Positions 1 to 8,864 of a DNA stretch of 64,000 nucleotides are shown here, piece by piece. Each line of letters begins with the position of its first letter. Position 1 is the stretch's first letter. The translations under genes were made by a program, and so were the position numbers. Source of the DNA: a virus; the IMG/VR virus record IMGVR_UViG_3300025120_014919, positions 1 through 64,000 of that record; one strand, given 5' to 3'. The notes below the pieces were generated by a model. It searched no databases. It was not told the origin of the DNA and saw only the letters and a program-made list of their open reading frames with translations.

Positions 1-697
1 CAAGCCCTTCCAATCCAGCAGTATAAGTACCGTCGGATTGAATAATAGTAAAGGTTGTATCACTACCATAATGTGTAAGCTCTATTGTTTGATGTTCTGA
101 TCCAGACTGTACTAAGTTAAGATCATTACTATCACCTTGAAGTTGGATGGTTTGGCTATGACCGATACCAAAGTTACCACCTTCTTGAATTGATGTAATT
201 TGATTACCATTACCTATTAATGAAACATCAGATACTGCTCCAAGATTATCATTAAGATAAAAATCTAATATATTACCATTACCAATAATGAAGTTTTTTA
301 GAGTTTGTTGGGATATAACTGAAGCTTCTGAAGATGTATCGTCTTTTTGAAGTGAAATAACATTACCATCTCCAAGAATAGTATTGGTAAATGTATTTTG
401 ATCACCATTTACTATAAAGTCTTGAGTATTACCATTACCTTCAATATATAGACCAAAAGTAGTTTGATCTCCATCCCATTGAATATCTAATGTGTTACCA
501 TTACCAATTTGAGAAATATCGAAATCACTACTATCCCCTGCTATAGTAGAAATATTAGTTGATGTACCGATTTTATTACCAGAACCAACTTGAGTGATGT
601 CAAACGTCCCGGTAGATCCGTCTTGTTCTAAGTATATTTCATTATTTGCAAATGCAATAGTACTTGTTAATAATAATGCTAGTAGTGTTGTTTTCAT
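1..697 (-). CDS. Secreted curlin-repeat (CsgA/CsgB-like) beta-solenoid protein, 3' end outside window
   Basis: Not in ORF track. Manual translation from ATG 697: MKTTLLALLLTSTIAFA (signal peptide) NNEIYLEQDG..ITQVGSGN..ISQIGNGN..IEGNGN..ILGDGN..IIGNGN..LIGNGN..LQGDSN; recurring Q/I-x-G-x-G-N curlin units; open to position 1; directly downstream of csgG. Confidence 0.8.
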   Translation of the reverse strand, partial: MKTTLLALLLTSTIAFANNEIYLEQDGSTGTFDITQVGSGNKIGTSTNISTIAGDSSDFDISQIGNGNTLDIQWDGDQTTFGLYIEGNGNTQDFIVNGDQNTFTNTILGDGNVISLQKDDTSSEASVISQQTLKNFIIGNGNILDFYLNDNLGAVSDVSLIGNGNQITSIQEGGNFGIGHSQTIQLQGDSNDLNLVQSGSEHQTIELTHYGSDTTFTIIQSDGTYTAGLEGL

Positions 698-702
698 ATG
701 AA

Positions 703-710
703 TATTTATA
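703..710 (-). promoter_or_regulatory. T4-type late promoter TATAAATA of curlin gene
   Basis: Perfect TATAAATA on minus strand, 5 nt before ATG 697. Confidence 0.8.
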
Positions 711-730
711 AAAAACAACACTGTTTTTTA

Positions 731-1519
731 CTATTCAACAAAATTCCACAAACCTTTTTCGTCTCCTTGCAGCATCAAATCAATAATACATGCATCTATA
801 GCTTTTCTTGTAGCAATTGAAACTCTTTCATTTCTTGCATAACCAATTTCAGCTTCTCCATAATCATTAAATTCACCTAAATTTAATTCATCAGTATCAA
901 AATACTTAAAAAACGTAGCTCCTGTACCGACACTTAATATAGTTTTACTAACCGTTGAAGATAATAGTATTTGACCTGAATTAACACTAACAAATCTCAT
1001 TGAAACTGTAACATTATCTTTTCTATATTGTTTAGAAAACCCAATACCTAAATAACTGGCTCCTATACCACCAGATACGATATTACTTTCGTATGAAATA
1101 ATACCACCTTCAACAATCATACCAGCAAATAATAAAGCTCCTATACTTTCTTCAGTATCATTAAAAGATTTCCTATTAGTTTTAATAATATTTCTTTCAT
1201 TTAATAAGTTAGCAAGATTTGCTCTCTCAACTACATTAAACCATTTACCATTACCTGCTTCTATTAATGATTCTATTACCCAAGCCTCTCCTCCTTGTGT
1301 AACTGCAGATGAAAAAGATGCATAATTATCAGCTGTTTTTCTTTGACCTGTTTTATCATCGAACGAATAGACCGCTACAAATATCGGTGCTTCCTTTACA
1401 TCTTTCATATCCCCCTGATCAATCATATATGGGGGTTTCTGCACCCAAGGTGGATTTTGAACAGGTGTTGAAACACATCCCACCATTAGTAGTAAAGTTA
1501 AACTAATTAAAATTTTCAT
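731..1519 (-). CDS. csgG: Curli secretion channel lipoprotein CsgG
   Basis: Lipobox MVGC; VAVYSFDDKTGQRK, SSAVTQG, WFNVVER, EGGIISYESN motifs; adjacent csgF. Confidence 0.93.
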   Translation of the reverse strand: MKILISLTLLLMVGCVSTPVQNPPWVQKPPYMIDQGDMKDVKEAPIFVAVYSFDDKTGQRKTADNYASFSSAVTQGGEAWVIESLIEAGNGKWFNVVERANLANLLNERNIIKTNRKSFNDTEESIGALLFAGMIVEGGIISYESNIVSGGIGASYLGIGFSKQYRKDNVTVSMRFVSVNSGQILLSSTVSKTILSVGTGATFFKYFDTDELNLGEFNDYGEAEIGYARNERVSIATRKAIDACIIDLMLQGDEKGLWNFVE

Positions 1520-1983
1520 TATGGGGTATCGGTCGATGCTGGTGGTATATACAATGAACCAATTGGTATAACTATACTAGTCGTTGAACCGTCAATTAAA
1601 TCGTTAATAGTAATATAAATTTGATCATCAGAAGATTTATACCAAGTTAATTCACTATCTTCAATTGCAAAAGTACCTGTATCTAACCCGTCATCTGCAA
1701 ATAATTGTTCTGTTACCTGTTTGGCTAATTCAGAATAAATTCTTGCTTGTAAACTTGATAAGAAAGTATTAACAGCAGATCTTTCATCAGCTAATTCAGC
1801 TTGTATTTGAGCTGATTCAATTTCATCTTCGATAGCTTTTTTTCGATTAAATGAAATTTGCTCTAAAGTTAATTTATGAGCAGAATAGCCTACCCCGGTA
1901 AATGTTGGTGATTTAAATTGAAATACAATCTCACTACCAAATAACATACAAGGTAGTAATAAACAAAGAAAAATATTTTTCAT
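1519..1983 (-). CDS. csgF: Curli assembly protein CsgF
   Basis: Signal peptide then SEIVFQFKSPTFTG (cf. CsgF FQFRNPNFGG), F..SLQARIYSELAKQ, C-terminal TSIVIP. Confidence 0.88.
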   Translation of the reverse strand: MKNIFLCLLLPCMLFGSEIVFQFKSPTFTGVGYSAHKLTLEQISFNRKKAIEDEIESAQIQAELADERSAVNTFLSSLQARIYSELAKQVTEQLFADDGLDTGTFAIEDSELTWYKSSDDQIYITINDLIDGSTTSIVIPIGSLYIPPASTDTP

Positions 1984-1988
1984 AAAAC

Positions 1989-1996
1989 TATTTATA
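1989..1996 (-). promoter_or_regulatory. Late promoter TATAAATA of csgF-csgG
   Basis: 5 nt before ATG 1983. Confidence 0.8.
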
Positions 1997-1998
1997 TA

Positions 1999-2307
1999 CT
2001 ATTTCTTATTTTTCAATAATTCTTCTTCTTTGCGTTTGTATTCGTTTTCCATTATTTCTCGTCTATCTTTTTCTTGAAGAATCATTTTCAATTTTATATT
2101 AAGACGTATCATATCATTATCTAACATTCTAACTTTATCGATTAATTCAATTAGCGTTTTTTTAGATGAACCGATTGTAGGTGATACGTCTTTTGTTACC
2201 CATTGCCATACATAATAAACAAAATAACCTAAACCTATGGCTGCTATAACTGGAAAGCCAAAGTCCTGTACAAGCTTCGAAAAGTGATCTATCATTTGAT
2301 CATTCAT
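1999..2307 (-). CDS. Small single-TM + coiled-coil membrane protein (YvrJ/holin-like)
   Basis: GFPVIAAIGLGYFVYYVW TM segment; paralog-like to 2310..2591. Confidence 0.6.
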   Translation of the reverse strand: MNDQMIDHFSKLVQDFGFPVIAAIGLGYFVYYVWQWVTKDVSPTIGSSKKTLIELIDKVRMLDNDMIRLNIKLKMILQEKDRREIMENEYKRKEEELLKNKK

Positions 2308-2309
2308 AA

Positions 2310-2591
2310 TTAATCTTTCCTTGCATCTTCTTTACCTTCGGAAGCTGCTATCCTATCTAAGTTGGGTTCGACATTAAATGCATGAGATATTAAAGTATCA
2401 ATTTTAACTATTTCATTTGTCATGACATCTACTCTATTCTGTAAACTACCTATCATAGCTCCGATACCTTCGATAGATCCTTTCACCCCGTTTAATATAA
2501 ATTTTAAAATAATGAATATAAATAAACCACCGGATAAGGCACCAGCAATTGGAAAACCTACCTCAGTCAAAAATCTAATAAACCCACCCAT
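2310..2591 (-). CDS. Small single-TM + coiled-coil membrane protein (YvrJ/holin-like)
   Basis: EVGFPIAGALSGGLFIFIIL TM segment; TAAATA 6 nt upstream. Confidence 0.6.
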   Translation of the reverse strand: MGGFIRFLTEVGFPIAGALSGGLFIFIILKFILNGVKGSIEGIGAMIGSLQNRVDVMTNEIVKIDTLISHAFNVEPNLDRIAASEGKEDARKD

Positions 2592-2671
2592 ATAAAATAT
2601 TTATTAAAACAAGGTGGTTGAAATATATATTATAATAAGTAAATATTAGCATTAAATAAAAAACTGGGTAT

Positions 2672-3052
2672 ATGGAACAATTGATTTTACATTTAACGGG
2701 TGACTATCTGTTACAAAGTGACTGGATGGCACTTAATAAGATTAAGAATAGTAGAGCAGCAGCAACGCATGCTTTAGTTTATTCGATACCATTTTTATTA
2801 TTACAACCGTCTCTTGAAGCTTGGTTTATAATCTTTTTTACCCACTTTTTAATTGATCGATTCGCAATTGCAAAATATATAGCATTTGCTAAAACTAAAG
2901 TAGCTCCTTGTAAGTGGTGGCCATCATGGAAAGATTGTCACGTTAATGGTTATAATAAAGATATACCAGTTTGGTTATCGACATGGTTGTTGATTATTAC
3001 TGATAATACAATTCATTTAATTATTAATTATTTGGCTTTAAAGTATCTATAA
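2672..3052 (+). CDS. DUF3307-family membrane protein
   Basis: HLTGDYLLQSDWMA, H..VY, THFLID, DNTIH motifs. Confidence 0.75.
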   Translation: MEQLILHLTGDYLLQSDWMALNKIKNSRAAATHALVYSIPFLLLQPSLEAWFIIFFTHFLIDRFAIAKYIAFAKTKVAPCKWWPSWKDCHVNGYNKDIPVWLSTWLLIITDNTIHLIINYLALKYL

Positions 3053-3080
3053 AAAAACTCTACTATTGCTAGTAGAGTTT
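3051..3080 (-). terminator. Intrinsic terminator between convergent genes (possibly bidirectional)
   Basis: Stem aaactctacta/tagtagagttt, GCAA loop and U-run on minus strand. Confidence 0.8.
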
Positions 3081-3102
3081 GTATTAAAAAATAATTATTA
3101 AA

Positions 3103-3309
3103 TTATTTCTTAGCTTTAGTAGCTGGCTTCTTAGTCTTTTTAACTACAGGCTTTTTTAGCTCAGCTTTTAGTTCTTTTAGCTCAGCTTCTGCCTTTGCTG
3201 CAAGATCTTTTGCTTCATTAACTACTTTATTAACTTCTTCTTGATTGTTTCTCGCTACGAGTGCGCCTACGACGAACCCTACGATGAATATAATTACATT
3301 TATGATCAT
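3103..3309 (-). CDS. Small membrane-anchored coiled-coil protein with basic tail
   Basis: N-terminal TM, Lys/Ala-rich C-terminus. Confidence 0.65.
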   Translation of the reverse strand: MIINVIIFIVGFVVGALVARNNQEEVNKVVNEAKDLAAKAEAELKELKAELKKPVVKKTKKPATKAKK

Positions 3310-3316
3310 AAGAATA

Positions 3317-3967
3317 TTATTTAGTCACACCTTCTTTTGTTTTCCAGAAATATTCATCAGTATCTCCTAAACGATATTCGTATCCGCTTTCTACTTGATA
3401 ATATTTTGTACTAACTTTAAAGTCTGGCATCTTAGGTTTTTGCGGAGTTAAAGAATTATCGTAAACTCTCATTCTGTTATTTGGATATAACGCATATTGA
3501 CCGTTTTCTAATTCTAAACAGTTAAATGATTTATGTTCATCCGGTACTTCTGCTGTAGAATAATCAACACGGTCTGGGTCCGGGTGATAATTATCTAAAG
3601 TAAACATATATGTACCTTTAACAACTTGATGGCTTCTTGTAAAAACTTCGAAGTCCATCGAACCAATAAACTGCTTATATATCGCAACAACTCCATAGTC
3701 CATACAATTCCAAAATTGTAAATCTTGTAAAGGTAAATCTGGTTCAGGTGTTTCTGGAGAGGAAACAAATGCTGATATTGGTAGTTTATCAAAAAGAGCT
3801 CCATACTCCGGTAAGTATGTTTCAAAATAGAATGCTCTACCGGGTAATGATTTAGCACTAACCCAATGACCTTCTACAAATTCACCATGACCTTCTTCAC
3901 CGTCATGTAAATATTCTTTCCTAACATAAACTTTTGCATTAGGTAGATTACAAATTAATTCACTCAT
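3317..3967 (-). CDS. Hypothetical protein of a type common in marine T4-like phages
   Basis: Clean 216-aa ORF; TAAGTA promoter variant 6 nt upstream. Confidence 0.7.
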   Translation of the reverse strand: MSELICNLPNAKVYVRKEYLHDGEEGHGEFVEGHWVSAKSLPGRAFYFETYLPEYGALFDKLPISAFVSSPETPEPDLPLQDLQFWNCMDYGVVAIYKQFIGSMDFEVFTRSHQVVKGTYMFTLDNYHPDPDRVDYSTAEVPDEHKSFNCLELENGQYALYPNNRMRVYDNSLTPQKPKMPDFKVSTKYYQVESGYEYRLGDTDEYFWKTKEGVTK

Positions 3968-3989
3968 GTAATATACTTACTTGTATAAA

Positions 3990-4730
3990 TTAAACTTTCA
4001 ATGCCATATCCCAGATAACCAATTGCAATCGAGGACTAAATTTAAAGTTATGCTTCTTACATAACTCAGCTACCATAGCTGATTTCTGGGTATGTTCCTC
4101 TCGACTACCTGCACAAGGCATTAACCATACATTATCTGGATTAACTAGGCCGTTATCAATATATTTTTCGAATAATTCCTTCTCATCTTCTTCGTTATTA
4201 ATAACAAACTTAAAACATTCATTATGACTATTATGGTGAGCTATAACTTCAGGTTTATACCGACGACCTTCAGGGTCTCCATTATTACTCATTTTAGGAG
4301 ATAAAGTAAAATCAGCATTAAAATCATCATACCACCTATCTAAAGGTTTAAGAGTACTATTAGATTCAAAATCTATTTTAGGTATAAACCCAAATCTTTC
4401 AACAAATGTATCCATCCATGTTAATAATCTTTTTTGCTGTAAAAGAGGTTCACCTCCAGTTATTTTTAATAACGCTCCTCTTTTTAATTCTTTATCAAAA
4501 CCATTATTTTCATAAAAGTTATTAAGCTCATCATACGTATACCGATTTTTTATAGACCATGATACAAATGAATCACAACCATGAGGGGAATCTGGAGAAG
4601 CAAATCCTTGACAAGTTAAGTTGCACATTGCAAGTCTCATAAAGACTGAAGGCCAACCAATATACTTACCTTCACCTTCTACTGTATAGAAAACATGATC
4701 ATCACTTAACGATAAAATATCTTTACTCAT
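3990..4730 (-). CDS. queE: 7-carboxy-7-deazaguanine synthase (radical SAM)
   Basis: FYTVEGEG..G.PSVFMRL, CxxxC-x11-C, ITGGEPLLQ, TLSPK, FSPRLQ. Confidence 0.9.
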   Translation of the reverse strand: MSKDILSLSDDHVFYTVEGEGKYIGWPSVFMRLAMCNLTCQGFASPDSPHGCDSFVSWSIKNRYTYDELNNFYENNGFDKELKRGALLKITGGEPLLQQKRLLTWMDTFVERFGFIPKIDFESNSTLKPLDRWYDDFNADFTLSPKMSNNGDPEGRRYKPEVIAHHNSHNECFKFVINNEEDEKELFEKYIDNGLVNPDNVWLMPCAGSREEHTQKSAMVAELCKKHNFKFSPRLQLVIWDMALKV

Positions 4731-4736
4731 AATATA

Positions 4737-4765
4737 ATTATAGTACTGTTCCTTAGTGATATCAA
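4737..4765 (-). promoter_or_regulatory. sigma70-like promoter of queE
   Basis: TTGATA-N17-TATAAT-N6-ATG. Confidence 0.7.
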
Positions 4766-4845
4766 CATAGAGTATTATATTTATTGCATTTAATCACATT
4801 TTTTTACTATTTTCCTACACTTGGTTTACATATAAATATTAGTAT

Positions 4846-5616
4846 ATGTCAAAATCAACAACTACCCGTAAAAGGGTAAAATCGGTGAAGAGAAGAGTTA
4901 ATATTATTGATTCAATCTCAGATATAACGGTCGAAAAACCTGATAAAAATTGGGATTTAGACTTTAAAATAAACGAAGAATATAAATTAACACCTAATCA
5001 GGTGAATTTCTTAGTTAAAGCATTACATCAAGATACACGAATGTGTATGGTTGACGGCCCCGCAGGTACAGCTAAAACCTACTTAGCAGTATTAACTGCA
5101 TTAAAAATGCTTAATAGAAAACAAATAGATAATATAATTTATATAAGGTCTATAGTTGAAAGTGCTTCTAGAAGTATGGGTGCATTACCGGGGGAGTTAG
5201 AAGAAAAATTTGCTCCTTGGTCAATGCCTCTTATTGATAAACTTGAAGAAATTACCACCGCCGGAGCTGGTAGTAATTTAATGAATAAAGGTTATATTAA
5301 ATGTATACCTGTAAATTTTACAAGAGGTTTAACATTTAAAAATGCTTGCGTTATTATTGATGAAGCTCAAAATATGACTAATTCGGAATTAACTACCATT
5401 TTAACTAGATTTGGTGAAAATAGTAAATATCTAGTTGTAGGAGATACTTATCAAGCAGATATCGGTGTTAAGAGTGGTTTTAAAAGTATATTAAATGCTT
5501 TTGATGATAAATCATGTGTAGATAAAGGTATATCTACGTTTATATTTGATGAAGAAGATATTGTAAGAAGTGAAATCCTAAGATTCATCGTCAAGAGACT
5601 CAACACCATTCATTAA
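4846..5616 (+). CDS. phoH: PhoH-family ATPase
   Basis: GPAGTAKT, LPGELEEK, RGLTF, IIDEAQN, GD..QAD, DIVRS; TATAAATA at 4831-4838. Confidence 0.93.
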   Translation: MSKSTTTRKRVKSVKRRVNIIDSISDITVEKPDKNWDLDFKINEEYKLTPNQVNFLVKALHQDTRMCMVDGPAGTAKTYLAVLTALKMLNRKQIDNIIYIRSIVESASRSMGALPGELEEKFAPWSMPLIDKLEEITTAGAGSNLMNKGYIKCIPVNFTRGLTFKNACVIIDEAQNMTNSELTTILTRFGENSKYLVVGDTYQADIGVKSGFKSILNAFDDKSCVDKGISTFIFDEEDIVRSEILRFIVKRLNTIH

Positions 5617-5847
5617 TTCTTTTAAAGCTTGTTCAAGTCCTACTGAAGCTACACTTACACCTGGTTGAGGTTTTTCTTGATCATTTTGTAATGGAGCTAC
5701 AACCTCTTGCATTTTTGCAAATACATCTTGTTCTAATTTTACCTGTTGAGGGTCACGTTCTCTCATTACTGGTGCACCAGAAGATATACCTGTCTGGTTT
5801 ATTGAGGTTTTATTAACATTATGTTGATAAATATCCTCTAACCCCAT
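5578..5847 (-). CDS. Hypothetical protein
   Basis: 89-aa ORF overlapping the queD end; 3' overlap with phoH. Confidence 0.55.
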   Translation of the reverse strand: MGLEDIYQHNVNKTSINQTGISSGAPVMRERDPQQVKLEQDVFAKMQEVVAPLQNDQEKPQPGVSVASVGLEQALKELMNGVESLDDES

Positions 5848-6494
5848 GATGTTCCTTCAAATGGATTACTCATACCTTGAGTTACTTTATTATGTAATGG
5901 TGGAGTAGTTGGTTCATTTTTAACTTCGTCATTTTCTACTGCAATTGCTTCGATTTCCTTTTTCTTTAAATCAATATCAGTTAAAGTTCCTGTTTCTTGA
6001 TCAACCATACTACCAGGGTTTAAAGTAATATGACCAAAATCATGAGTTACATTTAATAGTTCCTCATATATAGCACTATTACCTTCATGTTCCCAAACTT
6101 CTACTTTAATAACTCTCACTCGATTGTTAGTTTGCTTAATTACAAACTTATTTGTATTTTCGTATACCCATTCAGCAGTTCTTTCAATACCAACCCCTTT
6201 ATCAGCAATACGTAAATCAATCATACCCTTCTCAGACATTAACTTAAATGTATCTAACTCTGGATCATCAGCAGCTACTACAGTTGTATGATCATATTGC
6301 TTCTCTAAAATATTTTTTATCTCTTTACAACCACCAAAATCGTATATCCAATTTTTATCATCTAATTCATCCGCTGTAAACCATAACTTACATTGTAATC
6401 TGTAACCATGAATTAATTTGCAATGACTATCTGCTCTCCACTGACGAAAGGCTGTACTACCCATCGGTATAATTTTTGTTGATACATATCTCAT
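5838..6494 (-). CDS. queD: 6-carboxytetrahydropterin synthase with C-terminal extension
   Basis: FRQWRADSHCKLIHGY, DFGG, DH, VEVWEH..NSA; start moved to ATG 6494 (TTGATT-N16-CATAAT-N6-ATG). Confidence 0.9.
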   Translation of the reverse strand: MRYVSTKIIPMGSTAFRQWRADSHCKLIHGYRLQCKLWFTADELDDKNWIYDFGGCKEIKNILEKQYDHTTVVAADDPELDTFKLMSEKGMIDLRIADKGVGIERTAEWVYENTNKFVIKQTNNRVRVIKVEVWEHEGNSAIYEELLNVTHDFGHITLNPGSMVDQETGTLTDIDLKKKEIEAIAVENDEVKNEPTTPPLHNKVTQGMSNPFEGTSWG

Positions 6495-6546
6495 ACTATT
6501 ATTATGATATAGATTCATCGAAAATCAACTTTTTTTTAAATAATAG

Positions 6547-6574
6547 TTGACTCTAAGAAAAATAATTTTATAAT
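6547..6574 (+). promoter_or_regulatory. sigma70-like promoter with no downstream sense ORF
   Basis: TTGACT-N16-TATAAT followed by purine-rich tract 6581-6604. Confidence 0.6.
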
Positions 6575-6605
6575 ATCTTTAGATAAGAGAGAAGGGACGA
6601 GATAA

Positions 6606-7778
6606 TCACCTATATCTTTTTATAATATCCTCAAAATTTTCTTCGCTCGAATCTAAAGGTAACTCTTCTTGTGTAGGTGGCTGTAATTGATTTGCAAATC
6701 TGTATTGATTATCATTATTCTTATCTTTTAAAGTCATCATACCAGTTTCTTGATCTATATCTTGCAAAATATATGCTGCTCCACTAGTACCTTTAACTTC
6801 TTTACCTATTTGATCTCTAAATCTGTTAGCTTGTCTAATCATTTCTGATCTTTGTTCTTCTAAAGATCTACCAGCTTGTGATGCTGCAACTTTTATTTTA
6901 TCCATTACATTTCTAGGACTTAATTTTGGACTTCTTTTAGAACCTCCAGGTTTTCTTTGCTGGCTTTTCATACCTTCAGGTATATTATCAAAAAGAATTT
7001 TATGTACTTTTGGATCTTTTGTTTGACTTTGTGATTTAATATATTTTGTAAAGGAATTAACTTCATTAGGATGCTTTTTAAATATTGGTGTTAACTTATT
7101 TGTAGCTAAAGTTACAATTTCAACATCAGTTGGTTTACCATAATTATCATCTTGTAATAAAAATTTTATATAGATATTTTTATCTGCTTCATTTTTTGGA
7201 TCTCCAAAAAATTTACCAATTTCTGGAGCTGCTTGACTAGTACCATCTATAAAAGTTTTTTCAGTTTGTTGAGCTATTTCTTTTTTAGCCGCTTGTTTAC
7301 CTGCTTCAATATCAACACCTTTTATTGCAGCATCAACCTTTTTCATACCATTTTTATAATCTGCATCTTCAATTGAAGTTAACTGTTCACCTCTAGCTAA
7401 TTTATCATATGCATTCTTAAATTTAAGATCACCCATATAAACTTTTTTCAATTCTGGGCTCATTTCAGATTTTCCTTGTGTACCACCGCCTTTTAATTCT
7501 TGTTGTTGTTTTTTTGCTTTTAATTGTTCTTGTCTTGCTTGAGCAACTGCAGTATCACGTTCAGCACTTCTCATGTCATAAGCTCTTGTACCAGGTATCA
7601 TTGCTCTTACTGCATTAAATGCATTACCAAAACCACCACCACCGGTCGGTGCACTCGATTTTCTAATTTCTAAAATAGTTTTATTAAAATTACCTTTATT
7701 GAAAACTTTAGATATATTTGTGTTTTCATTTAAATTAAATTCTTTAGAAACTTTTTCAAATAATTCTTTATCTGTCAT
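6606..7778 (-). CDS. Hypothetical late protein, probable internal head protein
   Basis: TAAATA-N5-ATG; N-terminus MTDKELFEKVSKEFNLNEN; Lys/Gln-rich. Confidence 0.65.
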   Translation of the reverse strand: MTDKELFEKVSKEFNLNENTNISKVFNKGNFNKTILEIRKSSAPTGGGGFGNAFNAVRAMIPGTRAYDMRSAERDTAVAQARQEQLKAKKQQQELKGGGTQGKSEMSPELKKVYMGDLKFKNAYDKLARGEQLTSIEDADYKNGMKKVDAAIKGVDIEAGKQAAKKEIAQQTEKTFIDGTSQAAPEIGKFFGDPKNEADKNIYIKFLLQDDNYGKPTDVEIVTLATNKLTPIFKKHPNEVNSFTKYIKSQSQTKDPKVHKILFDNIPEGMKSQQRKPGGSKRSPKLSPRNVMDKIKVAASQAGRSLEEQRSEMIRQANRFRDQIGKEVKGTSGAAYILQDIDQETGMMTLKDKNNDNQYRFANQLQPPTQEELPLDSSEENFEDIIKRYR

Positions 7779-7811
7779 TGAAATATTTAATCTATATGGT
7801 ATAATAGATAT

Positions 7812-8864
7812 ATGTCCGAAAAAAATAAAAGTTATGAATGGTTAGGTGATGATGTAAGTGAAAGTGAACTTACAGGTGAGAAGGATATTATTGCAAAAGA
7901 AATAATGGGTGAAGAATATAGTAAGAGTTATTTTCCTCCTATTAGAGTTTATGATAATAAAGTTAAAGCTGATAGAAAGTATATTTCATCGTTACCTGAT
8001 TTACAAAATGGTCCATCAAGTTTAATTCAAGGTGCTGCAGTACCTATTCAACAAGTAGGTATACATAACTTTAAGTTACCTCTTACATATAAAAAGAGAG
8101 ATGGTAAAACTATTAATCTCGAAACTAGTGTAACTGGTAGTGTTAGTTTAGAAGCTCATAAGAAGGGTATTAATATGTCCCGTATTATGAGAAGTTTTTA
8201 TGATCATAAGGATGATCTATTTAGTATTGATAATATTAAAGATGTATTAGAGTCATATAGAGAAAATCTTAAATGCTTTGATTCAAGAATTATGCTTAAG
8301 ATTTCATACCCTATTAAGCAAACTAGTTTACGTAGTGGTTTAGAAGGTTATCAATATTATGATGTTGTATTTGAAGGTGATATTACTAAAGAAGGTAAAT
8401 TTAAAAAATATATTCACTTTGATTTTGTTTATTCATCTGCATGTCCTTGTAGTTTTGAATTAAGTGAACATGCTGAAAAGTATCGTAACCGTGCTACTGT
8501 ACCTCATAGTCAACGTAGTGTTGCAAGAGTTAGTGTACGCTTTGACGATATGTTATGGGTTGAAGATATACAAGAGTTATGCTTAGCAGCTCTTCAAACC
8601 GAGACTCAAGTAATGGTTAAGAGAGAAGATGAGCAAGCGTTTGCTGAATTAAATGGCTCTAATCTAAAGTTTGTTGAAGATGCAGTACGTTTAATGTATG
8701 AAAAGCTAAGTAGTGAATCCCGTATTAAAGACTTTAAGATTGTAGCATCTCATAATGAGAGTTTACATAGCCATAATGCAATATCAGTTATTGTAAAAGG
8801 GGTTGAAGGCGGCTTTTCTGCTGGTGTTGCTAGAGATGTATTTGAAACTACAGGTTTAAGATAA
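7812..8864 (+). CDS. folE2: GTP cyclohydrolase IB (FolE2)
   Basis: LPDLQ, IQQVGI, KGINMSRI, SACPCS, PHSQRS, VKREDEQAFA, FVEDAVR, ESLHSHNA; promoter TTGAAA-N16-TATAAT-N6-ATG. Confidence 0.93.
   Translation: MSEKNKSYEWLGDDVSESELTGEKDIIAKEIMGEEYSKSYFPPIRVYDNKVKADRKYISSLPDLQNGPSSLIQGAAVPIQQVGIHNFKLPLTYKKRDGKTINLETSVTGSVSLEAHKKGINMSRIMRSFYDHKDDLFSIDNIKDVLESYRENLKCFDSRIMLKISYPIKQTSLRSGLEGYQYYDVVFEGDITKEGKFKKYIHFDFVYSSACPCSFELSEHAEKYRNRATVPHSQRSVARVSVRFDDMLWVEDIQELCLAALQTETQVMVKREDEQAFAELNGSNLKFVEDAVRLMYEKLSSESRIKDFKIVASHNESLHSHNAISVIVKGVEGGFSAGVARDVFETTGLR

Noticed and set aside
709-730. Inverted repeat between csgG and the curlin gene
   Set aside because: Almost entirely A/T stem; too weak to call a terminator
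4731-4845. preQ1 riboswitch upstream of queE
   Set aside because: No recognisable P1 stem with A-rich tail; region is explained by promoters
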